This document shows, piece by piece, positions 62,057-64,000 of a stretch of 64,000 nt of DNA; position 1 is the stretch's first letter; each line of letters starts with the position of its first letter. The notes beneath the pieces were generated by a model. It was not told the DNA's origin. It searched no databases and worked only from the letters and a program-made list of their open reading frames with translations. A program made the translations under genes and the position numbers. Source of the stretch: Chrysomallon squamiferum (taxonomy: Eukaryota; Animalia; Mollusca); NCBI GenBank assembly GCA_012295275.1, contig CM022667.1, positions 20,646,001-20,710,000 of the forward strand, in the 5' to 3' direction.

Positions 62057-63701
62057 CTATCTGCTGACACTGTGTTCACAGCAGCCTGACAGTTGTCAGA
62101 CTGTTTAATCTGTCTGTCTACTGACACTGTTCACATTTGTATGTTTACTGTGAATTACTGTGTAAGAATGTTTATCTTCCAGTGTGTGTTATTACAGAAC
62201 AAGTGTGGAAAAAATAAAAACGTCAAACACACCACGTTCAGAGACGCTGTAAAGTGTATTTGTAATTGACATGCATTATGAATGTTCACGAAGTATTTTT
62301 ATTTTAAGATTCCCAGACTACATCATTTCAAGCAGACGAGTTATCGTCTGCCGACCTAGCGACACAGCATCAACTTTGAAATCAGCGATGTCGGGGGTTA
62401 TTTAGGCTATCAGAAAGTCAGCTAGTCTCGGCATCGAATTGTGAATTACAGGTCTTGGTTCCGAGTCCTCAATCACTCGACAAAACGCTAGTAGCACATT
62501 TATTTTCCTGTCTCTCGCTTCCGACTCGCAGCTACCATTATTCCATGATGTGTGTTGTGTTTTTACGTGCTAAACCTCCGTAACTGCGCCTGGTTTGTCG
62601 TTTTTCATTTATCACCTCTTTGATTGCACTGTTCTCGTCAATTAGATACTTTTCACTAAACATTTCAATGAATTTGTATGCCCAGCAGTGATTCTGAGGG
62701 TGAAAATATTCTTGTTATTGAGTACCGTTTAATGGAGTTAATTAGATTATTATGTTACCCCATTAGCGCCAAGCTATTATTGTTTCGCCTTTGCGTGATT
62801 GCTGTCTTTTAAACGCGGTTTGTCGTATCCACGCTGAAAATGCCTTTTGTCGCTTGTTTTGCTTCCGCTGATCGTGTAACGCACCCCACTGTGAGAAGTG
62901 ACAGAGGCCACGGTGATCCGATAATACTTGTTAAAATTACTGTTTGTTTTCCGAGCTTATTTCCCCTTGATGAATCCACAGAGAGTTAAAACAAACACGC
63001 GCTCCATGCGACTGACAGGCAGCTACGTTTTTCAAGACACTCGTCCATCGGCAATTCAGAATCTACCCGAAATAGTGTCACAGGGGACAATGGAGTCGAG
63101 GTGTGAAAACAGACGTCGGCGGAGTGGTGAACAGTGTGTTATTCAGACCCCCACAGCGGAGAGATCACTTGTTTAGATTTGAAATGTTACTGAAGATAAT
63201 AACGATGACTTTAAACGGTCTCGTGTTACATTTGTTTGCTTCATAGCCACATCATTTACCCTTAACATAATGGTTAAACTGATGAAATGTGGTAGGCTAA
63301 ACGCCGACAGCTGGATAACTGCTTTCTTTTTTAAATGGTCTTTTGTTTGTTTTGCACTTGTCCAACTGAATTACCGGGTAATGAAATAATCATATTGTTT
63401 GGAAGCCGTTTCCCCCTGAGAAAATTAACTAGCTGCTTTTATCATTTGCTGCATATCGTCTAAATAATTCAGTGATTATGTAACACTATCGGTTTCTTTC
63501 TTTTTATTCTTTATTTTTTCTTTCTTTCTTTCTAAAGTATTACAAAGTAATCTATTTTGCTAGACGTGAAATTTAAAAAAAAAAAAAAAAATAAAAAGTA
63601 CAGTCACACAACAGGTCGGAAATCTGTGTCACAGATCTTCTTCTCCTAGTGTTGTTGTTTATTGTTGGTGTTATTCGTATTTTTTTAATTATTATTACAA
63701 T

Positions 63702-63732
<31 letters not shown>

Positions 63733-63794
63733 CTTCTTCCTCTCATTATTATTATTATTATTACTATTACTATTACTATTACTATTACTATTAC

Positions 63795-63849
<55 letters not shown>

Positions 63850-64000
63850 GACTTTTGCGTATTTTTTTATTATTATTCTTTTTTATTGTAATTCTTGTTC
63901 AGGAATATATATCTCAAATAATTTCTAATTAGGACATGACAAAATTAACTGTGGCAGTATGCATTAGTGGCTATTCAGTGGTTATTTCCATAATTACACA

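Noticed and set aside
61648-62108. Three overlapping Cys/Val-rich ORFs, or a CRISPR-like array
   Set aside because: Head-to-tail 25-bp units with no unique spacers; the ORFs come from a stop-free repeat unit.
61155-64000. Search for Tbx20B upstream exons (LETKELW..., eh1)
   Set aside because: Not seen on the minus strand here; presumed beyond the window end, so this is not evidence of pseudogenisation.

Overview
AT-rich, microsatellite-dense animal genomic DNA with GT-AG introns; a SINE-like tail weakly suggests a mollusc or other lophotrochozoan. Three protein-coding loci can be reconstructed. (1) An intronless 788-aa GAF-GAF-PDEase of the PDE10 family on + (1534-3900), a probable retrogene with a CRE pair just upstream. 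(2) A complete 7-exon Tbx20/H15/midline gene on - (ATG 19221 to stop 9117, 418 aa) with a TATA/Inr/CCAAT/GC-box promoter. (3) The last 5 exons of a second, more canonical Tbx20 paralogue on - (61153-57640), whose 5' exons were not found in the window. The two Tbx20 copies are tandem, share all comparable intron positions and phases, and are separated by about 38 kb without recognisable genes. That interval holds GC-richer islands with T-box, NK2, GATA, Smad/YY1-like and CRE motifs, plus minisatellites, a foldback element and local duplications. Most other ORFs in the track are microsatellite artefacts. I found no CRISPR array, rRNA or tRNA, and no wholly new molecular system is demonstrable from sequence alone. 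The best leads are the Tbx20 tandem pair with its putative auto/cross-regulatory landscape, the altered PDE10 retrogene, and an inverted-repeat-flanked module in Tbx20 intron 2.
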